Source: Rhynchobatus australiae
Lineage: Eukaryota
NCBI GenBank assembly: GCA_034780895.1
Contig: JAUZTB010000001.1
Coordinates: forward strand, 24,256,865 to 24,320,864
Length of the DNA stretch: 64,000 bases
Direction: 5' to 3'
Of this stretch, positions 1-12,959 are shown in pieces. The position numbers and the translations under genes were made by a program. How positions within the stretch are numbered: position 1 is the first letter of the stretch; every line of letters begins with the position of its first letter. The notes under the pieces are model-generated. The model was not told the origin of the DNA. It worked only from the letters and a program-made list of their open reading frames with translations, and did no database searches.

Positions 1-180
1 CCAGATACTTGTTCCATTTGGCTTGGCTGATTTCCCAGAACCAAGTGCATGATGTCTACTGTCCTCATTGGATCAGAAACGTCCTGGTCAAGAAAGGTCT
101 CCTTACCAGAAATCCCTCCCTTTCTTTGCCCCACATGTTATTGTTATCCAAGCGAAATTTGGATAGTTGAAGACCCTGCT
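1..180 (-). mobile_element. Decayed CR1 LINE ORF2 APE-endonuclease fragment
   Basis: Reverse strand gives, across frameshifts, GVFNYPNFAW...FLDQDVSDPMR...HLVLGNQPSQMEQVS, which resembles CR1 GDFNYPNIDW...FLDQYVxxPTR...LDLVLGNEPGQV. Confidence 0.65.
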
Positions 181-384
181 TATCATTGTGTCTGTGACAA
201 AACACACGGAGACTGAAACTGGTTGATGAAAAAAGTTTTAAATCATCATAAGCAGGTATTCTCTTGGAGACACTCTGACTCGAATCTCTCCAAACACAAA
301 GTATATTGAGTTTTTATACAAAGATAACAGCAGTTGATTCAATACAATTTCAATTGCTAAAATGACATTGTACACTTCAATCTT

Positions 385-525
385 TTGAGTCCAACAAATG
401 GTTCCATTGAATGCATATTTACAATAGGAGCACACTATAATTGGCACAATACCTCTGAATGTTCGAACACCTTTGCTGGGACAAAGTACTTCACGTGGAT
501 GGTCTAAAGCCTTCTGGGAACAGAG
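385..525 (+). mobile_element. Possible highly decayed Gypsy-type reverse transcriptase fragment
   Basis: Across frames: PLNAYLQ*EH...FAGTKYFT...SKAFWE, resembling PLNKALKREH...LAGAKYFTxLDxSSGFWQ. Confidence 0.35.
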
Positions 526-641
526 ACCCTAGGCACTCAAAATTAGTATTGTGAAGGATTACTCTTTGGGTACACCAATGTCTCAATAATTGGTAAACAG
601 AGCAAATATGTCTATGGCCATGTTTCATGTGCTAAATGACA

Positions 642-1112
642 AAAGTCAAAGTTGAGTTTATTGTCATATGCATGTATATGCGTGCACAGGTGCAATGAAA
701 AGCTTACTTGTAGCAGTATCACAACTAATAGCATAACATAAACAGCATTCACAAGAAAAAGCATAAATTAAACAGAAATTATACACAATTTTTACAAGAA
801 AAACACAATTAGAACAAAAAAAAACACAGTTCATTTTAGTACAAAGTGATCAGAGCGGTCATAATGTTGCTAAACTGTCAGGGTGATTGGGGTTTTACCG
901 GTTGGTTCAAGAACCAAATGGTTGAAGGGAAGTAGCTGTTCTTGAACCTGGTTGTATGGGATTTCAGGCTACTGTACCTCGTGCCCAATGGTAGCTGCAA
1001 AAAGATAGTGTGGCCTGGATGGTGGAGATCTTTGATGATGGATGTTGCCTTCTTGAGGCAGTGCCTCCTGTAGATACTATCGATGATGGGGAGGGGTATG
1101 CCTGTGATGCAT
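642..1112 (-). mobile_element. Rex1/Babar-like LINE 3' end
   Basis: Minus frame CITGIPLPIIDSIYRRHCLKKATSIIKDLHHPGHTIFLQLPLGTRYSSLKSHTTRFKNSYFPSTIWFLN is the typical Rex1/Babar C-terminus. It is followed by a 3' UTR with AATAAA and a short repeated tail. Confidence 0.8.
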
Positions 1113-2499
1113 TATTAAGTCTGGTCTAACCTTCCTTGATCTCTGTCACAATGCTGCAAAATAACTTATCTGAAGTGCAATGCCTGGTTTGATGTAGGCC
1201 AATTAACATACCCATTGTTTTATGTTTGACTGATGTATGCAAGAATGTCTCATGGTCATGTCAATTTGTAAACCATATCTCTTGAGCAGCCTCCTGCTGT
1301 TGGCCAGTCGCCTGTGCTCTGTAGACAATACTGTTTGTGTACACAGCTGTTCTCGTAATTTCAAAACTGATTACTGCTTGTAGTTTACATTTGAACAGTT
1401 TTTTTGAAGCCTGCTATCTAAATTCCTGAAGAATGTCTTGTGTTTAACAATCCCTAACACTTATCCCATAATCAATTGATACTGGATCTGTGTCACCTGG
1501 TGAAACATCCTGTGGTCAATCTTTAGGAATAATTCAAATTGGAGTTGGCATTCCTGTCAGTTATCTGAAAAATCTACCAAATGCCTTTTAAAATTTGTCT
1601 CTGTCCACGTTGGCAGACTTCCTTATTACTATTTTAATTTTAAACTTAACTCACAACAGCAAAGCTCAATTGAACAGAAATTTAAAGTGGTGAAGTCCTC
1701 CTTGGTAAAAAATCCATTATTTTGCACTGCCACTACAAGTTGAGGAGAATTACAACTAANNNNNNNNNNNNNNNNNNNNNCGTATGGAGTGATCCATAAT
1801 TTATCAATTGTGTTGGCAAGCATGAATTATGAATTCTTCAAAATCCTCACAGAGTAATACATTGGTGTACTAAACTTGAGAATTTTTGAAGACAGCATTG
1901 GTGGAATGTCTCCAAGGCTGTAAGATGCCCACTGCACGCATCAGAAGCATACAGAAAGGCAGGATAACTGTTGACCAGTAGACAATGAGCTTTTGTCAGG
2001 TTTGATGTCTTGATCTTCAAACCTTATTTTATTTAGGTGGCCAAAGGCTATGATGGTATTCTGAAAGGGAAGGTGAATTCTGTCACTAATGTCTGCATTT
2101 CTTTTGTGGTGGCTCAAGAGATTTGTAAAGTAGCACGTGTCCAGGGTCTGGTTATGGACTTCTTATTGTCAGGTACAGTGATGTCAACTAGGAGCACTTT
2201 AATAGAACACTTAGGTTTTATTGATGCTTAGTGTAATGCCTATTCTGTCATATGCTTCAGTGAACAAGTTGATGATGACTTTGTCGCAACAAACTATCTT
2301 CTGGAGGAACTCAGTGGGTTGATAAGCATTTGTGGTGGGAAAGGAATCGTCAAATTTGTGATGACTTTGTGCCTTCTAATGTACACATACACAAGCATTG
2401 TCTGAGTACTGCAGCTCAATGACTGTGAAGGGAATGACCTTGTTATGGACTGGAGGTGACACAGTTCAAACAGTTTCCTATTTGTTCTGTAGATCACCT

Positions 2500-3010
2500 T
2501 CGTTCCAGCAGGAAACTTATTGAATATGTGATCTCTTCCAGATCAACATCCCTAGCATTGAGGCTCAAATCACACTCAGTTAGCTCCAGTGATCAAACCT
2601 CATTGTTTGTATGCCTAACTCCAGATTCCCAACATGGACATTCTACTTCAAACTCCATCAAGTCAAGTAAATACCAAGTGGACAGAGAAAGCAATTCAAC
2701 TATGTTTTCAGAGCTTCTTTGAAAAGATGCAACATCCTCACCAACTCATGGGAAACCTTGGCCCACAATAACTCAGAATGGCGAAGGATGTCATTGAGAA
2801 CCTCAAACTTAATTGTGCAGAGCACACAGAAGGCCAATGAACAACACTGCAAGAGTGCACCATTTTCTAAACTACTCATATATCGTCCTGTTCATATATT
2901 TGCTCCCCACTTGTGGCAATGTTTGTGGGTCCTACAGCTCATCGCCCACCTTGGAACCCATATATATTGAGTGAAAGTAAATCATCCTCAACCCTGAGGG
3001 ACTGCCCACA
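2500..3010 (+). mobile_element. RTE (BovB-like) LINE 3' end, decayed
   Basis: LKRCNILTNSWETLAHNNSEWRR...LIAHLGTH motif and the terminal atcatcctcaaccctgagggactgcc. Same family as 11570-12253. Confidence 0.7.
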
Positions 3011-5689
3011 GCAAGCATGAAGTTGCCACAGAGCAGGAGTATGAGTGCTGCATTGCAGAATTTGTACAGGGCAATGTACGTTCACACAGAGCCTTAGCTC
3101 ATGTGNNNNNNNNNNNNNNNNNNNNNNNNNNNNNNNNNNNNNNNNNNNNNNNNNNNNNNNNNNNNNNNNNNNNNNNNNNNNNNNNNNNNNNNNNNNNNNN
3201 NNNNNNNNNNNNNNNNNNNNNNNNNNNNNNNNNNNNNNNNNNNNNNNNNNNNNNNNNNNNNNNNNNNNNNNNNNNNNNNNNAATACAAATGGGTATTTGC
3301 TGTTCTGTTGAATGTTGACATTATTTGTTGTTAGGATGTTAATTGCTTCAGTTTTGTGTTAATGTTAGTATAAACTCATTTGGAATCTTTCACCACTCAG
3401 TTGCAGCAGTTCGGGAAAGTAACTCATCACCAGATTCTCAGGTCATATAAGACAGGGGAATAATTAAATTACCAACCTTTGCAATGACTTCCACACCCCA
3501 AGAATGAATCTGAAGCCGGTTAAGGAGTTGTTTGTCTAATTAAAGAGAACATTTCATTCCTTTCCACTATGTAACTCCTCCTACAACAGAAGAAGTGTCA
3601 TATTTCCTTGTCTTATTAAAAATCATCACACAAGAAATTAACCAAAAAATTGAGTCAGGGTCTCCAAAGGTCTTACAGCAGATTGTTTGGATCTTAATGG
3701 AATAAAATGACATCTCTCAGCTTGTGCCCAAGTGGCCCTTTCTTTGTCAGTGTATGACATTAATTCCAGTGTGTAGATATGCATTCAATGAGCATATTAA
3801 TGCTAATTAGGTGATTAATTGGGCCTGTGCATCCTGTTACTGAATAAACCACATATTTTATGCTAGGGCACTTTGTAGCACTGTTACTGACAACACTAAT
3901 GATACTAATCAAATGTTGCCCTTTATTGTGTTGTGCCTAATTTTACAGGTGCAAATGTCTTCATGGTCAGAAAATTTATGATATATATATAAAATTCAAT
4001 CACACAGCTATGAGTGATATATTTACATGCATCTTAAACAGATTTATCTTTATTTCTGCAAATTATTTGCAGTATAGACAGAAATATAAATTCAGATATA
4101 CAATAATTAAATAAAAATTGAGCATCAATTTAATGTAATTACAGTCACAAAAATCAGCAATATCACTGTATGCTTATCCCCATGGTTTTCCTTTTCCCAA
4201 TCTAATATTAAAAATTAATAATTCATCATAAACACATTTGAAAATATTGTATCTTTTCTTTGCTTCCAGCTGTGGAGGTAAACTGAAATTACAATTTAGA
4301 TAAGACTGCAATGATTGCTTATATCACTGTAAGGCAGCATTTGTGGGAAATATCATTGGATTAAAGTTAACAGGTAACAGGAATAATGTAGCTTAATATA
4401 GGAGAGAATATCTTTAGTTTGTAAATTATATTGTTTGNNNNNNNNNNNNNNNNNNNNNNNNNNNNNNNNNNNNNNNNNNNNNNNNNNNNNNNNNNNNNNN
4501 NNNNNNNNNNNNNNNNNNNNNNNNNNNNNNNNNNNNNNNNNNNNNNNNNNNNNNNNNNNNNNNNNNNNNNNNNNNNNNNNNNNNNNNNNNNNNNNNNNNN
4601 NNNNNNNNNNNNNNNNNNNNNNNNNNNNNNNNNNNNNNNNNNNNNNNNNNNNNNNNNNNNNNNNNNNNNNNNNNNNNNNNNNNNNNNNNNNNNNNNNNNN
4701 NNNNNNNNNNNNNNNNNNNNNNNNNNNNNNNNNNNNNNNNNNNNNNNNNNNNNNNNNNNNNNNNNNNNNNNNNNNNNNNNNNNNNNNNNNNNNNNNNNNN
4801 NNNNNNNNNNNNNNNNNNNNNNNNNNNNNNNNNNNNNNNNNNNNNNNNNNNNNNNNNNNNNNNNNNNNNNNNNNNNNNNNNNNNNNNNNNNNNNNNNNNN
4901 NNNNNNNNNNNNNNNNNNNNNNNNNNNNNNNNNNNNNNNNNNNNNNNNNNNNNNNNNNNNNNNNNNNNNNNNNNNNNNNNNNNNNNNNNNNNNNNNNNNN
5001 NNNNNNNNNNNNNNNNNNNNNNNNNNNNNNNNNNNNNNNNNNNNNNNNNNNNNNNNNNNNNNNNNNNNNNNNNNNNNNNNNNNNNNNNNNNNNNNNNNNN
5101 NNNNNNNNNNNNNNNNNNNNNNNNNNNNNNNNNNNNNNNNNNNNNNNNNNNNNNNNNNNNNNNNNNNNNNNNNNNNNNNNNNNNNNNNNNNNNNNNNNNN
5201 NNNNNNNNNNNNNNNNNNNNNNNNNNNNNNNNNNNNNNNNNNNNNNNNNNNNNNNNNNNNNNNNNNNNNNNNNNNNNNNNNNNNNNNNNNNNNNNNNNNN
5301 NNNNNNNNNNNNNNNNNNNNNNNNNNNNNNNNNNNNNNNNNNNNNNNNNNNNNNNNNNNNNNNNNNNNNATCAGGGGGGGGGGGGGGAGAGGGAGAGAAA
5401 AAAAACATTAATTAAATATTTAACCATAACAAATTCAGTGAACACAAATGACTGATGCAAATGAACTAAAACTGATTTTTAATTAAAATAAAGTTAAAGG
5501 AAAAAGTACATTTACCATCCTTTTATTTGATAGGGTTTTACTAAACATACCAGCTTTGGCTTGAATGGAGCTCAGAGGCTGATACTCCTACATACAGAAA
5601 GTTATGTAGGGATAAGGCAGGAAACAAGACATTTTGCCCAACTATTAATGCTGGTATTTGATCCTCCTCCCTCTTTTGTTATCCAGATC

Positions 5690-6060
5690 TATTGGCATAA
5701 GCCATTATTTCCTTCTCTCTCATACTTCTCTCCAGCCTCCCCATAACTGCATCTATATTCTTCATTCAACCAGTCCTGAGGGTGGTGTGTTCTATGTTCT
5801 CACTATCTTTTTGCTAAACATGTTTCTTCTGAATTCTCTGTTGATTTCATAATGAAGATGCTCTGCACCACAAGTGGGAACATTCTCTTTGCGTCCACTN
5901 NNNNNNNNNTTTAGAAAACCCCTCCCAAATCTCAAATTCTTTTCTCAAATCTACTCATCCTTTCCTGATGTATATACTCTAACATATCTATGGATCCACT
6001 GGCTTTCAGGCATTCAAGTGATGCCTCCAGTGCACCCACACTGCCAATAAAGTCAACAAG
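5690..6060 (-). mobile_element. Decayed CR1 3' region
   Basis: Reverse-complement CR1-like motifs (gttctcactatc...tttcttctgaattc...ccacaagtgggaacattctc...tccact). Confidence 0.45.
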
Positions 6061-6279
6061 GATGCAGCAAACACCAGTCTCATTAGGCAAATGCAGCATG
6101 TGCCTCTTGCAAAGGCATTTGTGTACCCAACTATGCTTTAAAAAGATGTGATACCTCTTTGAAGCCAACTGGTTCACAACTTTTGGCTTTAATTTTTTCT
6201 GAAAATGAATTTGAGTTTTGAGAGTGTAATGGCTGAAGTAATTGTAATACTTCACTCATGATAGTTACTTTTTCAACAG

Positions 6280-6502
6280 GAAACTTTTCTTCACTGACTA
6301 CGGTGACATCGCCAAGATTGAAAGGTGTGACATGGATGGGCAAAGCCGATCGAGGATAGTGGACAGTAAAATAGAACAACCATATGCCATCACACTTGAC
6401 TTGGTAGCCAAACAAGTCTACTGGGCAGATGTTTATCTCGATTATATTGAAGTGGTAGATTATGAAGGAAGAAACAGACATACAGTTATTCATGGACGTG
6501 AC
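6280..6502 (+). CDS. LRP1B: LRP1B coding exon (human exon 8 equivalent, 223 bp), YWTD beta-propeller 1
   Basis: Acceptor tttcaacag|G and donor GAC|gtgagt. Translates (G)[74 protein letters not shown], with FFTD and YWAD repeats. KLFF, EQP and NRHTVI are LRP1B-type residues. Ends in phase 0. Confidence 0.95.
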
Positions 6503-9234
6503 GTGAGTACCCAATATCTTAATGTGACTTTATTTAAAAAGAAAAATTAATCTCTTTATGCTACTGGTAAAACTGATAGTTATATTTGTGTTGGATAACA
6601 CAGACTGCATAATGGGTCATTGATCAGATTGCTACTATTTAGTGCTTATTTAAGCTTCCTTAATCACGATATTATATAGAATTTAGTTACATTATGAGGC
6701 TTCCACTGGATGAGAGAAAATGGATTAACTATTATAAATGGTGTTTCTTGTTTTCTCAGTAATTATATTCAGAGGATGGCAAAGAAGATTAAATGTCTTT
6801 GTAATTAGTACAGAAGAGTCTGCAAACAAAAGACTTTATATTGCAAAGATGAAAAATGTTAAGATGAAAATTCACATGTTTAACAATAATTCTTTGCATT
6901 GCAAGGGCTGCCATTCATCAATCACTTAGTTAAATAGATTTCCATCTTTTATGCACTGGCCAAGACTACTCACCTTTGTCTTTTGTTGTCAAATGGTATG
7001 GGGAACTTAAGTTTGCTTGAATACATTTCACTTACCTTGTACCAGTTCCCAGTGGTCATCGATGCACAGCACATATCTGGACCATGGTTCCTCAGGAAAT
7101 GATAAACTTCAGGACTCTTTAGAAAATGACATGATGTCAAACTGCTTCGATCGTCACATGAGGGGTATGTCAATAATGCCTAATCTGAAAGCAAGGCTGT
7201 CAATCCTGTCCCTGCCAGCTTCACCAAAGGTGGCTTCCTGGATGACTTTAATATATCCATCAATTACATTGTCAAAGGGAATCAGCAGATACAAATAACA
7301 CAGTCACACCTTTGCAAAACCTTCTTTAAATTACATTATTTTAAACTGCCAGAACATCCAGAAAAAGGTTTTTTTTTAGATTTGGTTTGAGCCATAATGG
7401 CAAAGAACATCTACTCACAACTAAATCACGTGAAAATCTGGATTAATAGAGAAGACGGATCAACTGAAATTTTCCAAACTTCAACTGATTTTGTTAAGCA
7501 GGGGTACTAAGTATAAAATAAGGTAAAGTAGATAGCATTAAGATCATGATCTAATGGAATGGCCCTGCAATGAAATATCCACCCCTGTACTATGTTCACA
7601 TTCCATTTTACTTATTTGGTGCAATTTGAGTTTTGAATACTTTAGAAAAATGGGAAATTAATATGTGTGCAAAGAGAAATTAAATGGGTTGACAAGTGCT
7701 GGTTTTCAGGGTTCCAAGGAAGGTAATTCCCACTATTATATGGATCTGTTGTACATCTAGGATATGCTGAGAGACAGATGCCAACATATCTGTCAGTCCA
7801 TTCCATCACTAGATTCCACATGGCAGAGCCGAGTCTTGATAGAATTCTCCTGAAAGACTTGGTAAAGCATCAGTAAAATTATTCATTTGAATGTGTACCC
7901 TGGCCTGGACTTAAGGAATGCAAAGGCACATTGTTGTTACTTAATTTATTTCAGATTTTTAATGATTTATTAGTATTCTAATATAATGATTTTGTTGAAT
8001 GTTTCACAATTTTTGCCTTTAAATTATTAATGGCAATTAATAGTTCTGACTGTTGGAGACAATTTGAAAGCTGTTACAAATCTGTAACAAGACTGGGATT
8101 GAAGCTTTAGTTCCCACCTATTCTTGTCAAGTTATTCTTGGGGAATGACCTCAGCAATAAACCACTTGAGGCCACTCATTGTTGAAGCCTGATAAAGATG
8201 CCTTCTATTGGACATGTGCATGGGTGGTCAGAGCCAAGAGATGGGCCAAATCCAGGTTGACTCAGACAAATGTCTTAGCAATTGATTTTGTAATATTTTA
8301 CTTTTATGCAGGAGCTTACATCAGCATTGCTTCTTGCCAGTCAAGTAAATTGTAGAAAGCAGCTTCCCTCTCTGGCTAGAACCATTAGAGGTGTGAGGTG
8401 CCTGAGTGGGAGAAAGGCAGCTGCTGTAGAAAGACTGAGCAAGGGATGTTGTCACCAAATAGGCAGAATGATTCAGAAACAAACACTAAATATTTGACTT
8501 AGTCAGTTGTGGGTTAGATGTGATAATGTGCTGAATGTTCTGCTTAAAAGCCTTTTTGTCATGATTCTGAGTACTGGCCCCTGATTTGGCTCCTTAGATG
8601 CCTTGTTGTATAGTAGATGGATTCCATGCTGGACTGATTGTATAATGACATACACCTGAGCCTCATCAGGGGCCTAGCATAAGTACCTGGGTTTCTCCAG
8701 CACTAGTTGCCAGAGTATTGGTCAATCTTTAGGGTATAATTTGGCTCCTGGCTGTTTAGAGTGGTTGACTCTGGAGCAGTCCTGCAGTCTCTGTTCCTCT
8801 TTGAATATCCAGTTCGTGTTGGGATTCGTCCTCAGATCTCCGAGGCAAGATTCCTTCCAGTTGCTGCCCGTGTTTGGTCCTGAGGGAGTATCCTGACTCC
8901 AGTCTTGTACCAGTGTGCTGCATTTGGATTCTCTGTGAGCTTGCTCTTTGTTCAACACTGTGACATTTTTATCTATCTAACTGGGCAAAAGCTCAGTACT
9001 CCAAATTGGAGCTTTCTGCTCAGGTAAGTGGGCTCTCGGAGCATCCTTGCTGCATCATTGCACTCTTTGGAGAGTTTAATGGGTGTAGCCCAGACATCCT
9101 CAGATTCTCCAGTACTGGATGTGTGCAAAGTTAACCTGACCCAACTACAGCAGACCCCCTGATCGCACTTGAAAGAAATATATGCACAAAGAACTGTAGG
9201 GCAAGTTAACTTCATTGTTTATTTACAATAAATA

Positions 9235-9342
9235 CCTGGAGGAAACCCATTCAGTCACGGGGGAGAAGGTGCAAACTCTATGCAGATATCATCCAAAATC
9301 ATGACTGAACCTGGTTCTCAACCCGCTGCACCACTCTGCTGT
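9235..9342 (-). mobile_element. HE1-type V-SINE fragment
   Basis: ggaggaaacccattcagtcacgggggagaaggtgcaaactc...ccgctgcaccactctgctg is the reverse complement of the tRNA head plus V-domain. Confidence 0.75.
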
Positions 9343-9429
9343 GTACACCAGAATGTACTGTTGGCAGAAAGGACTTGAAATTCCAAAATAAACTTTAATT
9401 GAATTATGTCTTATAAGATAGTATTATGA

Positions 9430-9770
9430 GAAAGAAAAGGCCACTTTACCCTTAACATCCATACTAGCTCCCTGGCGAGCAATCCTTTTAATCCCATTCC
9501 CTCTCTTCTTATTTCCCTGTACTCTTCAATTTATTGTTTCTCATACATGCACATCAAATACCTTTTTGTCATTAACCTACACTAAAGAGTCATTTACACT
9601 CACTAATTAACCTACCAATGCATTTTTTGGATGTGGAAGGAACTCAGCTCAGTGGAAAAAACCCATGTGGCCATGGACAAGACATGAAAATTCTGCACAG
9701 GCAGCCACTAAGGTCAGAACTGAACCCTGGTCACTGTGGCTGTGAGACAGCTGCAATAACTGCTGCGCCT
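9430..9770 (-). mobile_element. HE1-type V-SINE
   Basis: ttggatgtggaaggaact...aaaaacccatgtggccatggacaagacatgaaaattctgcacaggcag...aaccctggtcactgtggctgtgagacagc. Confidence 0.75.
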
Positions 9771-9869
9771 TCAAGTTTATTTTGCTTTATTGGCTGTGCT
9801 TGTCATTATAAAATTCTGTGTACATTAGCCTGACAAATAAAGGCTGGTTAATCTAATATTGTTGGTGGA

Positions 9870-10480
9870 ATGGCTTTCAGAAACAATAATCTGCAAGAAA
9901 ATTAATGGCAATTTAGACAAATATGAGTAATAAAAGAAAGCCAGAATGGATTTGTTAAGTGAGAATCATGTCTGAACACCAACTTGATTGAATTTTTTGA
10001 CAAGTAAGAGCAATTAGGTTGGTGTTGTCCGTATAGACTTTCATAAAGTGTTCAATAAATTGCCATATAGTGACTTTGCAAAATTGTGGCTGGTGCGATG
10101 GGGAATTGGCAGTATGGATACAGGCTTGACCAAGGGATAAAATAAAAAAAATATAATGAATAGCTCTTTTAAGATTTAAGTGACATTCAATATGAGGACC
10201 ATTACTGTTTTTATAATGCATCAATTATTTGAATATAGGGTACAAACTGCAATTTTGAGACTCGAAGATGATTCAAAGCACGTAAGTGCACATAGATAAT
10301 AAGAAAGATAGTGTTAGACTTCAAAACACCGTAGTATGTTAGTGTGGGCATATGGTGGATGAAACTTAGCACAGGAAAGGGTAAATGGTTAGGTGATCAA
10401 CGAGAGGCAATGCAAGATTTGTGGAACTGTTTTAAAGTGGGTGCAAGGGCACAGATCACAGGTGTCAAAGGTTATCAAAG
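9870..10480 (+). mobile_element. Decayed CR1 reverse-transcriptase fragment
   Basis: ESQNGFVK..SCL.TNLIEFFD...VGVVRIDFHKVFNKLP resembles CR1 SQHGFVKGRSCLTNLIEFF...VDVVYMDFxKAFDKVP. Confidence 0.7.
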
Positions 10481-10777
10481 AANNNNNNNNNNNNNNNNNN
10501 NNNNNNNNNNNNNNNNNNNNNNNNNNNNNNNNNNNNNNNNNNNNNNNNNNNNNNNNNNNNNNNNNNNNNNNNNNNNNNNNNNGTCAAAGGTTATCAAAGA
10601 AGTATATAATATCCTGAACATTAATAGCATCACCTGTGCTGACCCCTGCCTTCTCTCCTCAGCTCATTGCTGTCAAACACCTTTGATGACCTGAAACAAA
10701 TTAATTTCAACAATTGGCAGTACTAGCAATTAATTTAAATAAAATAATTATAAATAACTGACTTAACTATGTAAATC

Positions 10778-10905
10778 AAGAAGACTGCAGATGCTTGAAA
10801 TCTAAATAAAAAAGCGGAAAATACTGGAAAAACACAGTTGGTCTGGCCACAGCTGCAGGAAGAGAGTGAATGTTTCAGGTCAAAGATAAAGGGCCAACGA
10901 TCAAC
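10778..10905 (-). mobile_element. Penelope-derived terminal repeat fragment
   Basis: gactgcagatgcttgaaatctaaataaaaaagcggaaaatactggaaa...atgtttcaggtc is the reverse complement of the family at 55040-55320. Confidence 0.55.
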
Positions 10906-11569
10906 ATCCACAAGATAATGGCCTTCTGCTAACCTGCACACAATAAAGGTTCATGGCAAGTCCCGACAAAACATGGACCACTTCCGTTAACTTTCAGTAA
11001 TGATCAAATTTGCCAGCATAACCCATACTAACTGAGTGTTGTGGACCAAGAGAATCACTCACAGTTTTCAGGTCAAAGAGAAACATATTTATTCAATTGA
11101 TCTTTCACCCAGAGGAGGGAGAGGCCTGTTCCTCTTATCAGTGTGTCCACACAGTCTCCCTCCATTTGTACAAAGCTTGACATTTGTATACATATTTAGG
11201 GAAAAAGTAAAATCTCTATCATACAAAGGCTTTCAGTTATCACTTCTTGACCATTCTAAATTGAAGAGGTACATAGTCAGTTGTTTCTGACATCACCATC
11301 TCTGCATGATCACTTTGTGCTTTTAGACTCTGAGTCAGGTGGTATCATGCCTAAAGTATCACTTTGTTCAGTTCAGGCCTTGGCTGCCATGGTGATGGTA
11401 CTCTGAGGCAGAGAGCTACCTCCAATTATCGCTTTTCTCATGGGGCTACCTGCTTCCTCATACTCTGTTGCATAAACCAGGTCTGACTTATTGGTGAGGC
11501 AGAAATACTCTTTTGCCTTGCACTATGCTTTGTAATATTATATTCAAGTTAATCCTTCAGGACAGGACA

Positions 11570-12253
11570 CTTTGTCCTATCATGTCAAAAGGAAAAAGGT
11601 GCTTGAGAATCAAAATTTTGAGCAAGCCAAAATAAAACTTAAGGTCTATCAGGGAGTAATGGTGATCCCTGCCCTCCGAACTGCTTTTGAAACCTGAACT
11701 AGCCACAGCAGCACTCTAAGGCACTGGATAGATAACATCAAAACTGTCTCCACAAATTTATCCAAATCCACTGAAAGGATAAACAAACAAACATCAGCAT
11801 CCTCTCCAAGGCCAACAATGTTCCCATCGTTAAAGCTTTAGTTACACTCAGTTGACTCGATTGGACAGGCCATGCCATTCATATGCTCAACAGCAGACCA
11901 CCAAAACAGACGATCTCTTTAGTCCCAAAAAGAGACTACCAGATGCACAGAGAAAAAAAATTCAACAATATGCTCTAAACATTCTTGAAAATTTGCAACA
12001 TCCCAGCAACTCCTGGGAAGTTCTGACCCATGATTACTGAAAGTGGCGAAGGAGCACTCAGAATGGCTTTGAAAACATTGAATCCTTCTATCGGACTCAA
12101 ACAGCGGAAGGTGGAAGTTGGCAGACCTGTTGCATCATGGTCCTGAGCCACATCTGTGGAAGTTTCTCAGTTTCCTATGCAGGTCTCACCAGTCACCTCA
12201 AATGGACTAGAAACAAGTCGTCCTTGATCGCAAGGGACTACAAAGAAGAAGAA
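11570..12253 (+). mobile_element. RTE (BovB-like) LINE 3' portion
   Basis: KLKVYQGV..IPAL...HPSNSWEVLTHD..KWRR motifs and a terminal gtccttgatcgcaagggactac followed by a (GAA)n tail. Confidence 0.8.
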
Positions 12254-12284
12254 CATCCTTTTCAAGTATACATCTGAATTTGTT

Positions 12285-12690
12285 ATTTTTATTCATGTAT
12301 GGGATGTTGGTGTCATTGACAAAATCAACATTCATTGTCCATTCTTGGAAAGATGGTGAAGAGCCACCATCTTAGAACCACCATAGTCCCTTGGTGAATG
12401 TACTTCCATAACATTGTTATTTGTTAAGTTCAAGGGTTTAACTTAGTGACAAAGGAATAACAATTAATTTCCAAGTCAGAATGGTGTGCTATTTGTAGCA
12501 GAAGGTCTAGAAAGTGGTTTTCCCATACACGTGACGACCTTCTTCTTGGGAACCGCTGTTGGAGTATCAAAGGCTAGTAACTGCATTGCATTTTATACAT
12601 GTCACACTCTGTATGCCTTATAGATAGTGGAAAGACTGCTGAATCAAGAAGCAAGTCATTCGATTGTATTTCTGTGTTAACGGTAGCAAA
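12285..12690 (-). mobile_element. CR1-Zenon/L2-like LINE 3' end
   Basis: ggaaagatggtgaagagccaccatcttagaacca...tttccaagtcagaatggtgtgct...ttcccat is the reverse complement of the family at 45130-45400 and 56440-57470. Confidence 0.6.
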
Positions 12691-12959
12691 CAGGCTGCAA
12701 GTACTCTCAGTAATGATGGTGACTTTGAACGTCAAATTTAGATCATTGCATTCTGAAAATCACACTTGATTTTGCTTCTATTACTTTTTCAGGAAGTATA
12801 TACCAAATTAGAAAGCTCATTCTGTAATCGAGCATCTCATTCCACTCAACCCGGGGATAGTTTAGAAATGGTCTTTCTTTGTTTCCTTCGGTTTCCTGCT
12901 CTCCTAGCAGTGAATATCATTTCTCCTCATCCATGCAGCCAAAATGAATCCAATTTTTA

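Noticed and set aside
5374-5393. Poly-G run
   Set aside because: A homopolymer at a gap edge, so its length is unreliable.
4353-5415. Long ORFs (326-351 aa) in the ORF track, and similar X-filled ORFs elsewhere
   Set aside because: They are open only because they run through N gaps.
10463-10601. Direct repeats flanking gaps (also about 17181/17309, 25048/25679, 29399/29547, 35972/36080, 44625/44751, 55862/55999)
   Set aside because: The same sequence directly on both sides of a gap is a scaffold overlap or haplotype artefact. It is not a biological repeat, TSD or CRISPR-like array.
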